Positions 1 through 9,061 of a stretch of DNA of 32,000 nt are shown here, in pieces (position 1 is the stretch's first letter; every line of letters begins with the position of its first letter). The stretch lies in the NCBI GenBank assembly GCA_041494705.1, contig JBGQBI010000004.1, positions 296,471 to 328,470 of the forward strand. Reading direction: 5' to 3'. The position numbers and the translations under genes are program-made. The notes beneath the pieces were generated by a model. The model did not search any database and had not been told where the DNA came from. It was given only the letters and a program-made list of their open reading frames with translations. Origin of the DNA: Candidatus Methanoperedens sp. (GTDB lineage: Archaea; Halobacteriota; Methanosarcinia; Methanosarcinales; Methanoperedenaceae).

Positions 1-411
1 ATCCCATCCCGCTTTCTGGAAAACGCCGCCAATGCATGCCCCGAAAATTTTCCTGTCGGGATACCCTTCTGTAATTTCATCAATCATTTTCTTTAACCCG
101 CTGACATCCACTTCCATTTTCGGCATTGCCAGACCCCCGAGAAGTACAACCGTATCTGATGACGGGTTGGCTTTTTCCCCCAGTTGCATTCCATAATCTG
201 TCATTACAACCCTTGCAGCCAGCTCTTTCCGCAGGTTCGGGATAAATACCATCTCTTTTCCTGCATCACGTAAAACAAAGCCCAAAAGCTCGGCAAAAGG
301 ATTGCACCAGCCCGGACAGCCGATGAAGGTTATCTTTTTCCTTCCGCGCGCAAGTTTCCGGAATGCGGTGAGCATGCCGCCGATGCCTTCCGAGGTTTCG
401 ATGGGTTTCAT
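1..411 (-). CDS. Conserved archaeal hypothetical protein, C-terminally truncated by the window edge (possibly DUF2124-like)
   Basis: Open frame on the minus strand from ATG at 411..409 to position 1 (137 codons, no stop, so absent from the ORF track). My translation is MKPIETSEGIGGMLTAFRKLARGRKKITFIGCPGWCNPFAELLGFVLRDAGKEMVFIPNL... The family name is from memory and unverified. Confidence 0.5.
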   Translation of the reverse strand, partial: MKPIETSEGIGGMLTAFRKLARGRKKITFIGCPGWCNPFAELLGFVLRDAGKEMVFIPNLRKELAARVVMTDYGMQLGEKANPSSDTVVLLGGLAMPKMEVDVSGLKKMIDEITEGYPDRKIFGACIGGVFQKAGWD

Positions 412-522
412 GGAATCACACGGCTATGGATTGCTGAACTGGGATATAAGGGTTTATTATTCAATATCAAAACAAGATAACAAAAATATAATTAATAAAA
501 AAAATAAAAGAAAAAAGGAAAT

Positions 523-1029
523 TTAAATCAGCGCAGCAGTTATTCCCTGCACGCCTGACTGTATGATAACCGCTGTGGTGATTATTACACCAGCCATTTC
601 CAGCGCTACAGCCACGTTTCCTTTCTTGAGTTCTTCGAACTCCTCGATGCCCTTTGTCAGTTTATCGAGTATGTTCAATGCAAGATATATCGATGCGATT
701 GCAAGCACGATTCCGAGTATTAACTGGAGTAATCCCATTCCGATTGCTAACAAGCCGCCTGCGGACAGGATGCCACCCGCTGATGCCTGGGCTGCTTTAA
801 TGCCGCTGGATATTCCTGCAACGCCCGACTGCACCACGATACCTATCGCAAAAAATACCGAAGCAACAATAATGCCTATGGCAGTGTTGCCTTTTGCGAG
901 TTCCTTTTGTTCATCGATTCCTTTAGTTATCCTGCCAAATACTGAAAAGCCGATATATAGTGCAACGACTGCAAGTATAATGGCGATAACTAATTGTATA
1001 ATCCCTACAACTGCATTTATTGGGTCCAT
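523..1029 (-). CDS. Membrane protein with two DUF350-like repeats
   Basis: 168 aa with an internal duplication: two ~80-aa halves each carry ...(R/K)(I/L)TKGI(D/E)E..EL.KGN.A(I/V).. flanked by TM helices. GAGGTG SD lies upstream of the ATG at 1029. The DUF350 assignment is from memory. Confidence 0.7.
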   Translation of the reverse strand: MDPINAVVGIIQLVIAIILAVVALYIGFSVFGRITKGIDEQKELAKGNTAIGIIVASVFFAIGIVVQSGVAGISSGIKAAQASAGGILSAGGLLAIGMGLLQLILGIVLAIASIYLALNILDKLTKGIEEFEELKKGNVAVALEMAGVIITTAVIIQSGVQGITAALI

Positions 1030-1103
1030 AATTCACCTCACGCTTTAAGCGTTATCCTGTATAATGGCAATAGGGTCATATAAAATTATTGTGATACATA
1101 CCT

Positions 1104-1250
1104 TCATTCAAGAAGTTTCAGGGCTTTATTCGGGCAAACTATAATGCAGCGCATACATTGCGTGCATCTATCGTAGTCTATTCTTACAATGCCATCGATG
1201 CGCAAAAGAGCCCTCGCGTTGCACACGCTGTCGCACCTGCCGCATTTCAT
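1104..1250 (-). CDS. Small ferredoxin-like protein (4Fe-4S motifs); the 5' end may be frameshifted
   Basis: Below the ORF-track size cut-off. Minus-strand frame reads (IGC)MKCGRCDSVCNARALLRIDGIVRIDYDRCTQCMRCIIVCPNKALKLLE*. The second motif is a full CxxCxxCxxxCP. The first Cys of motif 1 lies upstream of the only in-frame ATG (1250). See finding. Confidence 0.45.
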   Translation of the reverse strand: MKCGRCDSVCNARALLRIDGIVRIDYDRCTQCMRCIIVCPNKALKLLE

Positions 1251-1352
1251 GCATCCGATAACTGTTATCAAACCATTCATTGTCCTTCACAAGCTATTTA
1301 TGCTTATAAGTATAGATAGGTTTTGTCTAAATTGTGCAAAACAGAGGATTTC

Positions 1353-1724
1353 ATGCCAAGATCTATTCCTGAAATGATACGGGGGGACTTCAAATGCGAG
1401 GATATTGCAAAATGTATCCTGGGTCTTAAGAATATCGACATTGACGCCTATAAGATGCTCGTCACAAAAGGCCCAATGACAGCAGAACGCCTTGGTGAGC
1501 TTTTGAACAGGGAACGAAGCACGGCTTACAGGTCGCTGCAGAACCTGATGGTATGCGGTCTTGTGTACCGGGAGACAAAAACAATCAGCGAGGGCGGCTA
1601 TTATTACGATTATACCGCGCTTGACCCGTGCAAAATGAAAGAGAAAGTAGCAGGCAACATAGACGAATGGTATAATAAAATGAAAAAACTTGTCGGCAAT
1701 ATCGATAAAGAAATTATGAAATGA
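1353..1724 (+). CDS. Winged-HTH transcriptional regulator (TrmB/MarR-like)
   Basis: ORF 1323..1724. ATG at 1353 is preceded by GAGGA. The segment AERLGELLNRERSTAYRSLQNLMVCGLVYRE is typical of a TrmB-type wHTH. It is divergent from the ferredoxin-like ORF. Confidence 0.6.
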   Translation: MPRSIPEMIRGDFKCEDIAKCILGLKNIDIDAYKMLVTKGPMTAERLGELLNRERSTAYRSLQNLMVCGLVYRETKTISEGGYYYDYTALDPCKMKEKVAGNIDEWYNKMKKLVGNIDKEIMK

Positions 1725-2750
1725 TTACACACCGAAAATACTATCGCACACTTCTTCCACTTTCTCCCTGAACTCTTTTTGCGAAAAACCCATCATTGCA
1801 GCCGCGAACATTGCTCCACCGGCGCCCACTCCTTCTTTTACATCCCCTGTTTCATACATCCGAAGCCCGGGGAATCTTGAATCACCAAATCCCGGGTCTG
1901 CAGCATAAGCTTTGTAACCCAGGATATCTGTCATTTCCCTGAAATTGGCGCTCGGGTCATCTGCAACATAATGGGTTGTTGCGATGGAAACATCTTTTTT
2001 CAGCCCGAGATGTTTGATTATACTTAAAACCGAAACCATCTGCGTCCCGCCTGCAAGCACGGTTTTTGTCTCAAGCCCGTCCACAATCCCGGCTGCTGCC
2101 GCCATCATGGGGTCGCCGATGCACCCGACCGCACGAAGCGGCTGGTTCCGTAAACTGCCGAAGGATATCCCTGAATTCCTCATACCTTCAGAGACTACCA
2201 TGTTTTTGATGTCAAGCGGGTTTTGCGGGAAACTGGATGAAACTTTCCCGTCATACCCCAGGGCTTTCATCACAGCCATGGCAGTAGTTGTTCCGCCGGG
2301 GACACTCTCGCCAATAATCACAAAATCCGAGAATTTTGAAAGCTTTTTTCCAAGAGTTCTGGATTTAGTGTAAATCTCAAGTGCATCCGCCACCGCATTT
2401 CCTTTCCTTATATCCCCGCCGGGTTGGGCGTTGATATCTATAGTCGGTATTTTTGGGCGGATGCGCAGCCCTGCGTTAATAAAAAGGCATGGGATTTCCG
2501 TGAGAAGCATTGATGCTCTTGTTATTACTGCCGGAGAAGGAGCCCCCGAAGGTGTCATTGCCGGCTCACTGATACTTATGGCATTGCCTGTCTCAACGAG
2601 TTCGGCATCCGCTGCAGGGGTATAATCCGTAAGCTTCGGGGATTTTCCTGCCGCGGATATGTTTGGGATTTTAGCCGTCTCGGTATTGGCAAGAATGCAC
2701 AGGAACAGGGGTTTTTCCGGACTGAAATCCGGATGAGGTTTAACCCACAT
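1725..2750 (-). CDS. cobT: UPF0284/archaeal CobT-type nicotinate-nucleotide--dimethylbenzimidazole phosphoribosyltransferase-like protein
   Basis: 341 aa with FLCILANTETAKIPNISAAG..., GESVPGGTTTA and AGGTQM motifs, as I recall for the archaeal UPF0284/CobT family. GAGGT SD present. Confidence 0.7.
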   Translation of the reverse strand: MWVKPHPDFSPEKPLFLCILANTETAKIPNISAAGKSPKLTDYTPAADAELVETGNAISISEPAMTPSGAPSPAVITRASMLLTEIPCLFINAGLRIRPKIPTIDINAQPGGDIRKGNAVADALEIYTKSRTLGKKLSKFSDFVIIGESVPGGTTTAMAVMKALGYDGKVSSSFPQNPLDIKNMVVSEGMRNSGISFGSLRNQPLRAVGCIGDPMMAAAAGIVDGLETKTVLAGGTQMVSVLSIIKHLGLKKDVSIATTHYVADDPSANFREMTDILGYKAYAADPGFGDSRFPGLRMYETGDVKEGVGAGGAMFAAAMMGFSQKEFREKVEEVCDSIFGV

Positions 2751-2756
2751 TTACCT

Positions 2757-4061
2757 CTATAGTTCACTTGAAGTTTCTATATGCATTGATGCAGGGCTTT
2801 TTACTAGATTGCCCATTTTTGCGCCTATTAGAGTCTCAATTCCTTTTTCTGATGCAATATCCACAATGCGCTGGGTTATGACGCCATCGAATACCAGGCT
2901 TTTGACATTGCCGTTTATGTCCCTCAATGCATTTGCGAGGTCGCGTACAGGCACTTCGCTTATGACGCTGTTCTGTTCATCGATAAAACGCGCGCTGAGC
3001 GTGCCGCTCAATTGGGTTATATGTTCCTGGAAAGGACTTTCTTTCCTGGCCTCTTTTTCCCTTTCTTCTCTGGGTTCTTCCCTCGGCCTGGGTTTTTCTG
3101 GCTCTGGCGCTTCAAATTCTGCAAGCTCTTCCTTGGCAGGTTTCATTTCTATTTCTTCAGGAATTGATGGTTCGCTCTTTCCTGTTGTCTTTTTCCTTGT
3201 CGCTGCCATGATGGCAACTCTTCTCTTTTTGCCGACCTGGTAATAATCAAGCCCCTGCTCAACAGGTAGTTTCTGTCTTAGTGACTTGACAATTTCTTTC
3301 TGGACAAGTTCCTCAACGCCTTTCCCGTCCGGGGCGCGCGCAATGAAATCTATATCCGCGACCTGGAGCAGTTCCTTTATTATGAGTTCCCCGCCCCGGT
3401 CTCCATCTGTAAAAGCCGTGACCGTCTTTTTCTTGCATAAATCGACCACAGCCTGCGGCACATTTGTTCCACCGACTGCAATAGAGTTCTTAATACCGTA
3501 ACGCAGGAGGTTAAGCACATCAGCCCGCCCTTCAACCACTATTATGGCATCCGAATCAAGAACATTGGGTCCCATCGGGATGTTATCCTTGCCATACGTG
3601 GTCATCTCTTCAATCCTCACAGACTGCCTGACCTCATCAATGATTTCCTGGCTTTCAGGCAGCATTTCATCAAACATCGCTGTAAGAATCTGTTTTGCGC
3701 GGTCTACTACCTGTTTCCTTTTCGATGACCTCACATCCTCTATTTTAACCACACTGATGTTTGAGATGCATGGTCCTATCCTGTCAATGGTTTCAAGGCT
3801 GGCTCCAAGGACAGCGGTTTCAACCTTATCAAGGCTTGAAGGTATCTCGATTGTCCCGTTTGATTTACCCATGTTTGATTTTATATTGACCTCAAGCCGT
3901 CCGATCCTGCCGCTTTTTTGCAGTTCCCGCAGGTCAAGGTCAGCGCCTATTAGTCCTTCTGTCTGCCCGAAAATCGCCCCGACGACATCCGGTCGTTCTA
4001 TAACTCCATCCGCTTTTATTATGGCATGAATGATATATTTTGTTGTATCTGAATTTTGCAT
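2757..4061 (-). CDS. dnaG: Archaeal DnaG primase (Toprim domain; exosome-associated)
   Basis: N-terminus [31 protein letters not shown]. Toprim motifs [11 protein letters not shown] and [11 protein letters not shown]. Charged low-complexity insert before the C-terminal domain. Confidence 0.9.
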   Translation of the reverse strand: MQNSDTTKYIIHAIIKADGVIERPDVVGAIFGQTEGLIGADLDLRELQKSGRIGRLEVNIKSNMGKSNGTIEIPSSLDKVETAVLGASLETIDRIGPCISNISVVKIEDVRSSKRKQVVDRAKQILTAMFDEMLPESQEIIDEVRQSVRIEEMTTYGKDNIPMGPNVLDSDAIIVVEGRADVLNLLRYGIKNSIAVGGTNVPQAVVDLCKKKTVTAFTDGDRGGELIIKELLQVADIDFIARAPDGKGVEELVQKEIVKSLRQKLPVEQGLDYYQVGKKRRVAIMAATRKKTTGKSEPSIPEEIEMKPAKEELAEFEAPEPEKPRPREEPREEREKEARKESPFQEHITQLSGTLSARFIDEQNSVISEVPVRDLANALRDINGNVKSLVFDGVITQRIVDIASEKGIETLIGAKMGNLVKSPASMHIETSSEL

Positions 4062-4399
4062 GTTTAGTACCCTCCCTAAGAATAGTGTTAGAAAAAGAAT
4101 TTCACTGGTTTGAACTACGCTATTTCGACGTTTTTTACTATCCTGAACTAATATCGTTTCTATTAGTCCCCGGACTATTTATCTTTCTCAAACCGGAAAT
4201 GACAGGTAACATTGAATATCAGGCCACAATTCATTGATTGTGACTTCTGCATGATTATTATTATCTGAATCTAACTACTTTCTTGGATGATTATTTGCAT
4301 TGATGTTTTTCGTAACCGCATCAATGCAAGTCATACTATAATTGCCGAATCACTTTAAAAACTTTGTGGTTATCCCTTTTGATAGGATGAGATGTAAAA

Positions 4400-4442
4400 A
4401 CAAAATAAAAAAATACGTTTTCAGGTGGAACGCCAAACACCT
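4400..4442 (-). terminator. Putative terminator after the ferritin-like gene (hairpin plus oligo-T)
   Basis: On the minus strand, 1 nt after the stop: AGGTG-N10-CACCT (4442..4423), followed by GAAAACGTATTTTTTTATTTTG. Oligo-T is the usual archaeal termination signal. Confidence 0.35.
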
Positions 4443-4443
4443 A

Positions 4444-4854
4444 TTATTTCAAGAGGATCGTGAACGTATGTTTGTGTTCTTCCTCAGCCGTTAAAATCTC
4501 CTCAAACAATAATCGTGTGGTTGAGTCCTCTTTTTCGGATGCCTTGTCTATTATTTCTTTGTACAACCCGATAGCCTCGTTCTCTGCCCGGAGGTCGTTC
4601 TCAATCATCTCTTTCAGGGAATCGCCCACCTTAATCGGCGTTGGTTTGGTTGTAGGAATCCCGCCAAGATAAAAAAGCCGTTCTGCAATCTTTTCGGCAT
4701 GTTTCATCTCTTCTATGGCAATATCTTCGAAAACATCTTTAATCTCAGGGCTTTTCATACCCAATGCCATAACATGCTGCCACATGTACTGTACACTAAC
4801 ACCGATTTCCCTTGCAATCGCTTTATTTAATAACTCCAGCAATTCATCCGCCAT
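4444..4854 (-). CDS. Ferritin-like diiron protein (bacterioferritin family)
   Basis: Two E...ExxH diiron ligand sets (IEEMKHAE and AEEEHKH) in a four-helix-bundle-sized protein. First ATG at 4854; the track start at 4863 is TTG. Confidence 0.75.
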   Translation of the reverse strand: MADELLELLNKAIAREIGVSVQYMWQHVMALGMKSPEIKDVFEDIAIEEMKHAEKIAERLFYLGGIPTTKPTPIKVGDSLKEMIENDLRAENEAIGLYKEIIDKASEKEDSTTRLLFEEILTAEEEHKHTFTILLK

Positions 4855-4910
4855 AATTATCAATAATTGTCTGCTTTGTTCTTATTTAAGGATTGGCTTT
4901 TTCGATTTTC

Positions 4911-5909
4911 TTATTTTATTTCCATTCCTTTAACAAAGATCCCCTCATCCACAATCTCCCCAACAATTTTCCCCCCCATCATCTTTGAAGCCTCCTCTGC
5001 TTCGCTTTGCGGTACTACCACTACGAAACCCATTCCCATATTGAATGTCTTGTACATCTCAACATCTTCCACATCCCCTTCCCCCTGGAGGAACCTGAAT
5101 ACGGGCTGCGGCGGAAGCGGGTCGGAAATATCAAACCCGAGTTTTGTGATGCGGTGAAGTTTCATAAGCCCACTGCCGGTTATGTGCGCCAGCCCGTGAA
5201 TATCGAATTTTTGTGCCGCATCCAGGATTTCCATGTAAATCCTTGTAGGACTCAATAGCTCATCGCCGATAGTGGTATTTTTATTATACGGGAAAGCGTC
5301 TTGGTAAGAGTAGCCAGAGTCTTTTATAATCCTGCGGACAAGGGAATAACCATTACTGTGCACCCCGTTTGAGGGAAGCCCGATTATGGCATCTCCGATT
5401 TCGATTTTCTCACCTGTAATAATGCTGTCTTTCTTCACCATCCCAAGACATGTGCCCGCGAGGTCAAAACCATTTATGATATCCGGAAGAGTCGCAGTTT
5501 CCCCTCCTACTATGGTCATTCTTGAAATCTCTGCGCCTTTTGCAAGCCCCTCCCCGATCTGCTTCATGATTTCATTATTGGGTTCCTGGATGGCGATATA
5601 ATCCACGAATGCAAGAGGCTCGATGCCCATTGCCAGCAGGTCATTCACGTTCATGGCGATGCAGTCAATACCCACAGTATTCCATCTCTTCATCTCGTTT
5701 GCGATGAGGACTTTTGAACCCACCCCATCTGTGGTAAGCGCAAGAGCATACTCCCCGAAATCTATCAGACCTGCATAATGACCCACGTCTGTCAGGGGCG
5801 CTCCCAGTCCCTTTCGTTTATAAACAAGTTGTTTTGCAAGGGCTGCTATTGCACTGTTTTCCCTTTCAATATCAACGCCAGCCTGCGAATATGTTAAAGC
5901 CATATCCAA
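4911..5909 (-). CDS. purM: Phosphoribosylformylglycinamidine cyclo-ligase (AIR synthetase)
   Basis: 332 aa. YSQAGVDIE, TTDGVGSKV, GGETA and FNMGMGFVVVV are typical PurM blocks. Confidence 0.9.
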   Translation of the reverse strand: MDMALTYSQAGVDIERENSAIAALAKQLVYKRKGLGAPLTDVGHYAGLIDFGEYALALTTDGVGSKVLIANEMKRWNTVGIDCIAMNVNDLLAMGIEPLAFVDYIAIQEPNNEIMKQIGEGLAKGAEISRMTIVGGETATLPDIINGFDLAGTCLGMVKKDSIITGEKIEIGDAIIGLPSNGVHSNGYSLVRRIIKDSGYSYQDAFPYNKNTTIGDELLSPTRIYMEILDAAQKFDIHGLAHITGSGLMKLHRITKLGFDISDPLPPQPVFRFLQGEGDVEDVEMYKTFNMGMGFVVVVPQSEAEEASKMMGGKIVGEIVDEGIFVKGMEIK

Positions 5910-6071
5910 CTCAATAAAAGTTATTGCATAAAGATTTTATGATTGGAAGAGCAGGCTTGATAGGGTGTGGGAGTTAAAAAAGCAATGCCTGCTCACAATC
6001 ATAATGATGAAAAAGCATAATAAATGTTTCGGTCTGTTTAATATTTTCCGCCAAAAACCTAACAGAAATAT

Positions 6072-6731
6072 TTACAGATAACTCAGGGCATCTTCAATCC
6101 GGCTTATCTCAGGCCCGGTAGTATCTTCACCCACGACGTATCCTTTGCCATTGGCAAGAATCCCCGAACCCACAAGCGGTGAACCAAAATTAACCGTCCC
6201 GATCTCCACCGGGAGATTGAACAGTTCTTCGATTACTCCAATTTCCGAAGGGGTTGATTTTGGATGCACAAGCACTCCTTTGTTCGTTGCAATGCCAGCC
6301 ATACCCACTGTTTTTAACCCTCCGATAGTACCGCGTTTAACATCAACATCAAGAGCTTTCTTAATTATCCCGACTGATTTATCGCTGAGGTCGGGATGCA
6401 CGATAGCAGCGGTATCGTTGGCAAGTATGAGATTTCCTGCGGCATTTAATTCACCCGTCAATTTTGCGGCTTTCGTGTGTTTCCTGAGTACACGCAATTC
6501 TTTATCATATATGAGACCTGCTACCATGACACTTCGGCTGTTTCCCCGCAGCAGCGAGCCGACAATTGAGCTTCCGCCTACGGAAGAACTGACAGCTATT
6601 ACACCAAGTGATTCTTCTAAATCTTTGATGGTCTCAGGCGATGTATTGCCTGAAACAAAAACAAGCTCATCAGTACAGGCAGCAAAAACACCAAGTACGG
6701 GGCTCCCTGAAATATTTAACTTACGTTTCAA
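6072..6731 (-). CDS. eif6: Translation initiation factor 6 (aIF6)
   Basis: 219 aa pentein-repeat protein (GSPVLGVFA..., NAAGNLILAND..AIVHPDLS, GIATNKGVLVHP). Sits in the conserved aIF6-L31e-L39e cluster. Confidence 0.9.
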   Translation of the reverse strand: MKRKLNISGSPVLGVFAACTDELVFVSGNTSPETIKDLEESLGVIAVSSSVGGSSIVGSLLRGNSRSVMVAGLIYDKELRVLRKHTKAAKLTGELNAAGNLILANDTAAIVHPDLSDKSVGIIKKALDVDVKRGTIGGLKTVGMAGIATNKGVLVHPKSTPSEIGVIEELFNLPVEIGTVNFGSPLVGSGILANGKGYVVGEDTTGPEISRIEDALSYL

Positions 6732-6757
6732 ATCTGTCCCTTTTTATCCAAAAAAAG

Positions 6758-7021
6758 TTATTCCTGGGCGAGTTCAGCCTGCACGCCGCCCGCCTCGAAT
6801 TTTACAGCCCTTACCCTTACTTTCAATGGCGGTTTCATGGAGCCTCTCTCCCAGAGTTTCTCGTTAATAGTCTTGTCAATCTTAACTTCTTTCAAATCTG
6901 TCTTCAGATGCTTTGCAAGATATGCCCTTACTTTTCTTGCTGCGCTTTCTGCTCTCTTCCAGCGCGGAACTTTCCTTGCATCTGAAAGTGGAATCGTATA
7001 TATTCTTTCAATGTCTGCCAT
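6758..7021 (-). CDS. rpl31e: 50S ribosomal protein L31e
   Basis: [12 protein letters not shown]...[17 protein letters not shown] at 7021 is preceded by GGTGAT SD. The longer track start at 7039 would overlap L39e. Confidence 0.9.
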   Translation of the reverse strand: MADIERIYTIPLSDARKVPRWKRAESAARKVRAYLAKHLKTDLKEVKIDKTINEKLWERGSMKPPLKVRVRAVKFEAGGVQAELAQE

Positions 7022-7031
7022 ATTAATCACC

Positions 7032-7184
7032 TTAAACATCCAGCGTGCTGCGTCTCCAGTTGCGTCTCTTTGGATGGGTCATTACATTTCTTTGAGTTTT
7101 AACGATAACCCATGCAGGAACGCGCTGGTTCTGGTTCTGCGCTTTTGCCAGCCGTTTCTTCTTTCCTTTTGTCTTTTGCGTCAT
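7032..7184 (-). CDS. rpl39e: 50S ribosomal protein L39e
   Basis: [30 protein letters not shown]...RRNWRRS. ATG at 7184 is preceded by GGTGA SD. Confidence 0.9.
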   Translation of the reverse strand: MTQKTKGKKKRLAKAQNQNQRVPAWVIVKTQRNVMTHPKRRNWRRSTLDV

Positions 7185-7309
7185 AAAAAATTCACCGGAT
7201 AATCTTAAATTGGGATTATCCATAAGGTATTGATTTGTTGATAAAGCTTTTGGCGATAATCTATTTATACCCTCCTGCCATCTAAAATCCTCGCGTGGTG
7301 AATATACTC

Positions 7310-8584
7310 ATGACAAGAACATCAAAGCTTTCAGGTTTTTATAAATTAAGCCCGAAGGACAGGCTAAAAATAGTATCCGAATTTTCAGGTCTTACAGATG
7401 AAGAGGCTTCGTGCATCAGCGCTACCGGCGCTCTCTCGCTTGATGCGGCAGATCGCATGGTAGAGAACCTCATAGGGGTCATGGAAGTACCCATGGGCGT
7501 GGCTGTCAATTTCCTGATTAACGGCAGGGATTATCTTATCCCCATGGCAATAGAAGAACCTTCGGTGATAGCTGCTGCCAGCAACTCTGCCAAGATGGCA
7601 AGGGAAGGTGGGGGCTTTACCACGAGCAGTACCGGCCCTGTGATGATAGGACAGATACAGGCTGTGGGGATAGCCGACCCGAACGGCGCCAGGATGAACA
7701 TCCTTGAGAAAAAAGACGAGATTATAAGGCGCGCAAACGATGTTGACCCTGTACTTGTCAAGTTCGGAGGCGGGGCAAAGGATGTGGAGGTCAGGGTGAT
7801 AGACACGCCGGAGGGCAAAATGGTCATCACTCATCTGATTGTGGATTGCAGGGACGCCATGGGTGCCAATGCTGTAAATACCATGGCGGAAACGGTGGCT
7901 CCTTATATCGAGGAGCTGACTGGTGGAAGAGTGTATCTTCGAATCATCTCGAATTTTGCGGACAAGCGTATCATGAGGGCAAAAGCAGTATTCACAAAGG
8001 AAGCTATCGGAGGCGAGGAGGTCGTGGACGGTATCCTGGCAGCCTATCACTTTGCTGCGGGAGACCCTTACCGGGCGGCAACGCACAACAAAGGCATAAT
8101 GAACGGGGTAAGCGCGGCTGTGCTTGCCACGGGCAACGACACCAGGGCAATAGAGGCTGGTGCGCACGTCTATGCAGCCCGAAGCGGGATATACAGGCCG
8201 CTTTCGTGCTATGAGAAAAATGCAAACGGAGACCTCATAGCCACAATTGAAATGCCAATGGCAGTAGGTCTTGTGGGCGGCGCCACGAAGACAAACCCGA
8301 TTGCACGATCGGCAGTAAAGATTCTCGGGGTCAAGACTGCGACAGAAATGGGCGAGGTATTTGCAGCGCTGGGACTGGCGCAGAATTTCGCCGCACTTCG
8401 TGCATTAGCCACTGAAGGAATCCAGAGAGGGCACATGGGGCTTCACTCAAGGAACGTTGCGATACAGGCAGGCGCTACCGGCGAGATGGCGGATAAGATT
8501 GCCGAAATCATGGTCAAAGAAAGGAAAGTCAGGGCAGACAGGGCAAAGGAACTGCTTGACGAGATGCTGCAGAAAAAGAAATAG
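7310..8584 (+). CDS. hmgA: Hydroxymethylglutaryl-CoA reductase, class II-type
   Basis: [31 protein letters not shown] and [12 protein letters not shown] blocks, with length ~425 aa. First ATG at 7310; the track start at 7295 is GTG. Confidence 0.9.
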   Translation: MTRTSKLSGFYKLSPKDRLKIVSEFSGLTDEEASCISATGALSLDAADRMVENLIGVMEVPMGVAVNFLINGRDYLIPMAIEEPSVIAAASNSAKMAREGGGFTTSSTGPVMIGQIQAVGIADPNGARMNILEKKDEIIRRANDVDPVLVKFGGGAKDVEVRVIDTPEGKMVITHLIVDCRDAMGANAVNTMAETVAPYIEELTGGRVYLRIISNFADKRIMRAKAVFTKEAIGGEEVVDGILAAYHFAAGDPYRAATHNKGIMNGVSAAVLATGNDTRAIEAGAHVYAARSGIYRPLSCYEKNANGDLIATIEMPMAVGLVGGATKTNPIARSAVKILGVKTATEMGEVFAALGLAQNFAALRALATEGIQRGHMGLHSRNVAIQAGATGEMADKIAEIMVKERKVRADRAKELLDEMLQKKK

Positions 8585-8654
8585 TATCCATCCTTATCAG
8601 GTTAATTATTTAGCACATGAATACTAATATTTATGATAAGGCGAGGGATACATT

Positions 8655-9059
8655 TTGAGATTTGAAAATAAATTATTAAGAGATATAATGACAAGAGGGG
8701 TTGTAACTGTGCCCATGGATGCTACGGCCAAACAAATAGCCACCATGCTGAGCAAGCAGGGGCTTTCCGGGGTGGCTGTAATCAGCCCGGAGGGCGGAGC
8801 AATGGGGGTAATCTCGGACATGGATATTCTTAAAGTGATAGGAAAGGATGACTGGGAAAACCTGCCTGCAGAATCAATAATGACCTCGCATCTTGAAACG
8901 GTCAAGCCCACTTCAACACTGGGCGAGGCTGCAAGAATAATGAGAGAAAAGCATATTCATAGACTGCTTGTTTTCTCAGAAAAGGGCGTTGGGGCGTCGC
9001 AGAGACCTATCGGGATACTGAGCGCGAGCGATATTGTAAGGGAAGCGGCAAGGGAATAA
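8655..9059 (+). CDS. CBS domain pair protein
   Basis: Two CBS repeats (IMTRGVVTV...GVISDMDILK and IMTSHLETV...GILSASDIV). TTG start at 8655 is preceded by GAGGG. An alternative ATG is at 8688. Confidence 0.8.
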   Translation: MRFENKLLRDIMTRGVVTVPMDATAKQIATMLSKQGLSGVAVISPEGGAMGVISDMDILKVIGKDDWENLPAESIMTSHLETVKPTSTLGEAARIMREKHIHRLLVFSEKGVGASQRPIGILSASDIVREAARE

Positions 9060-9061
9060 AA

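Noticed and set aside
302-526. 74-aa plus-strand ORF
   Set aside because: It overlaps the 5' end of the minus-strand gene (1..411), which has a far more protein-like translation. It then runs into an AT-rich promoter region, giving a lysine/asparagine tail from an A-run.
563-1048. 161-aa plus-strand ORF
   Set aside because: It is fully antisense to the DUF350-like gene. Its sequence is the low-complexity mirror image of a Gly/Ala/Ile-rich membrane protein, and it has no SD.
4040-4237. 65-aa plus-strand ORF in the dnaG upstream spacer
   Set aside because: It starts inside the dnaG 5' end on the opposite strand, has no SD, and has AT-rich composition with no recognisable motif.
7385-8436. Several long minus- and plus-frame ORFs (260, 122, 99, 75, 73 aa) overlapping hmgA
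   Set aside because: These are alternative-frame or antisense ORFs inside a confidently identified HMG-CoA reductase gene. Their Arg/Pro/His-rich translations are typical of off-frame reading of GC-richer coding DNA.
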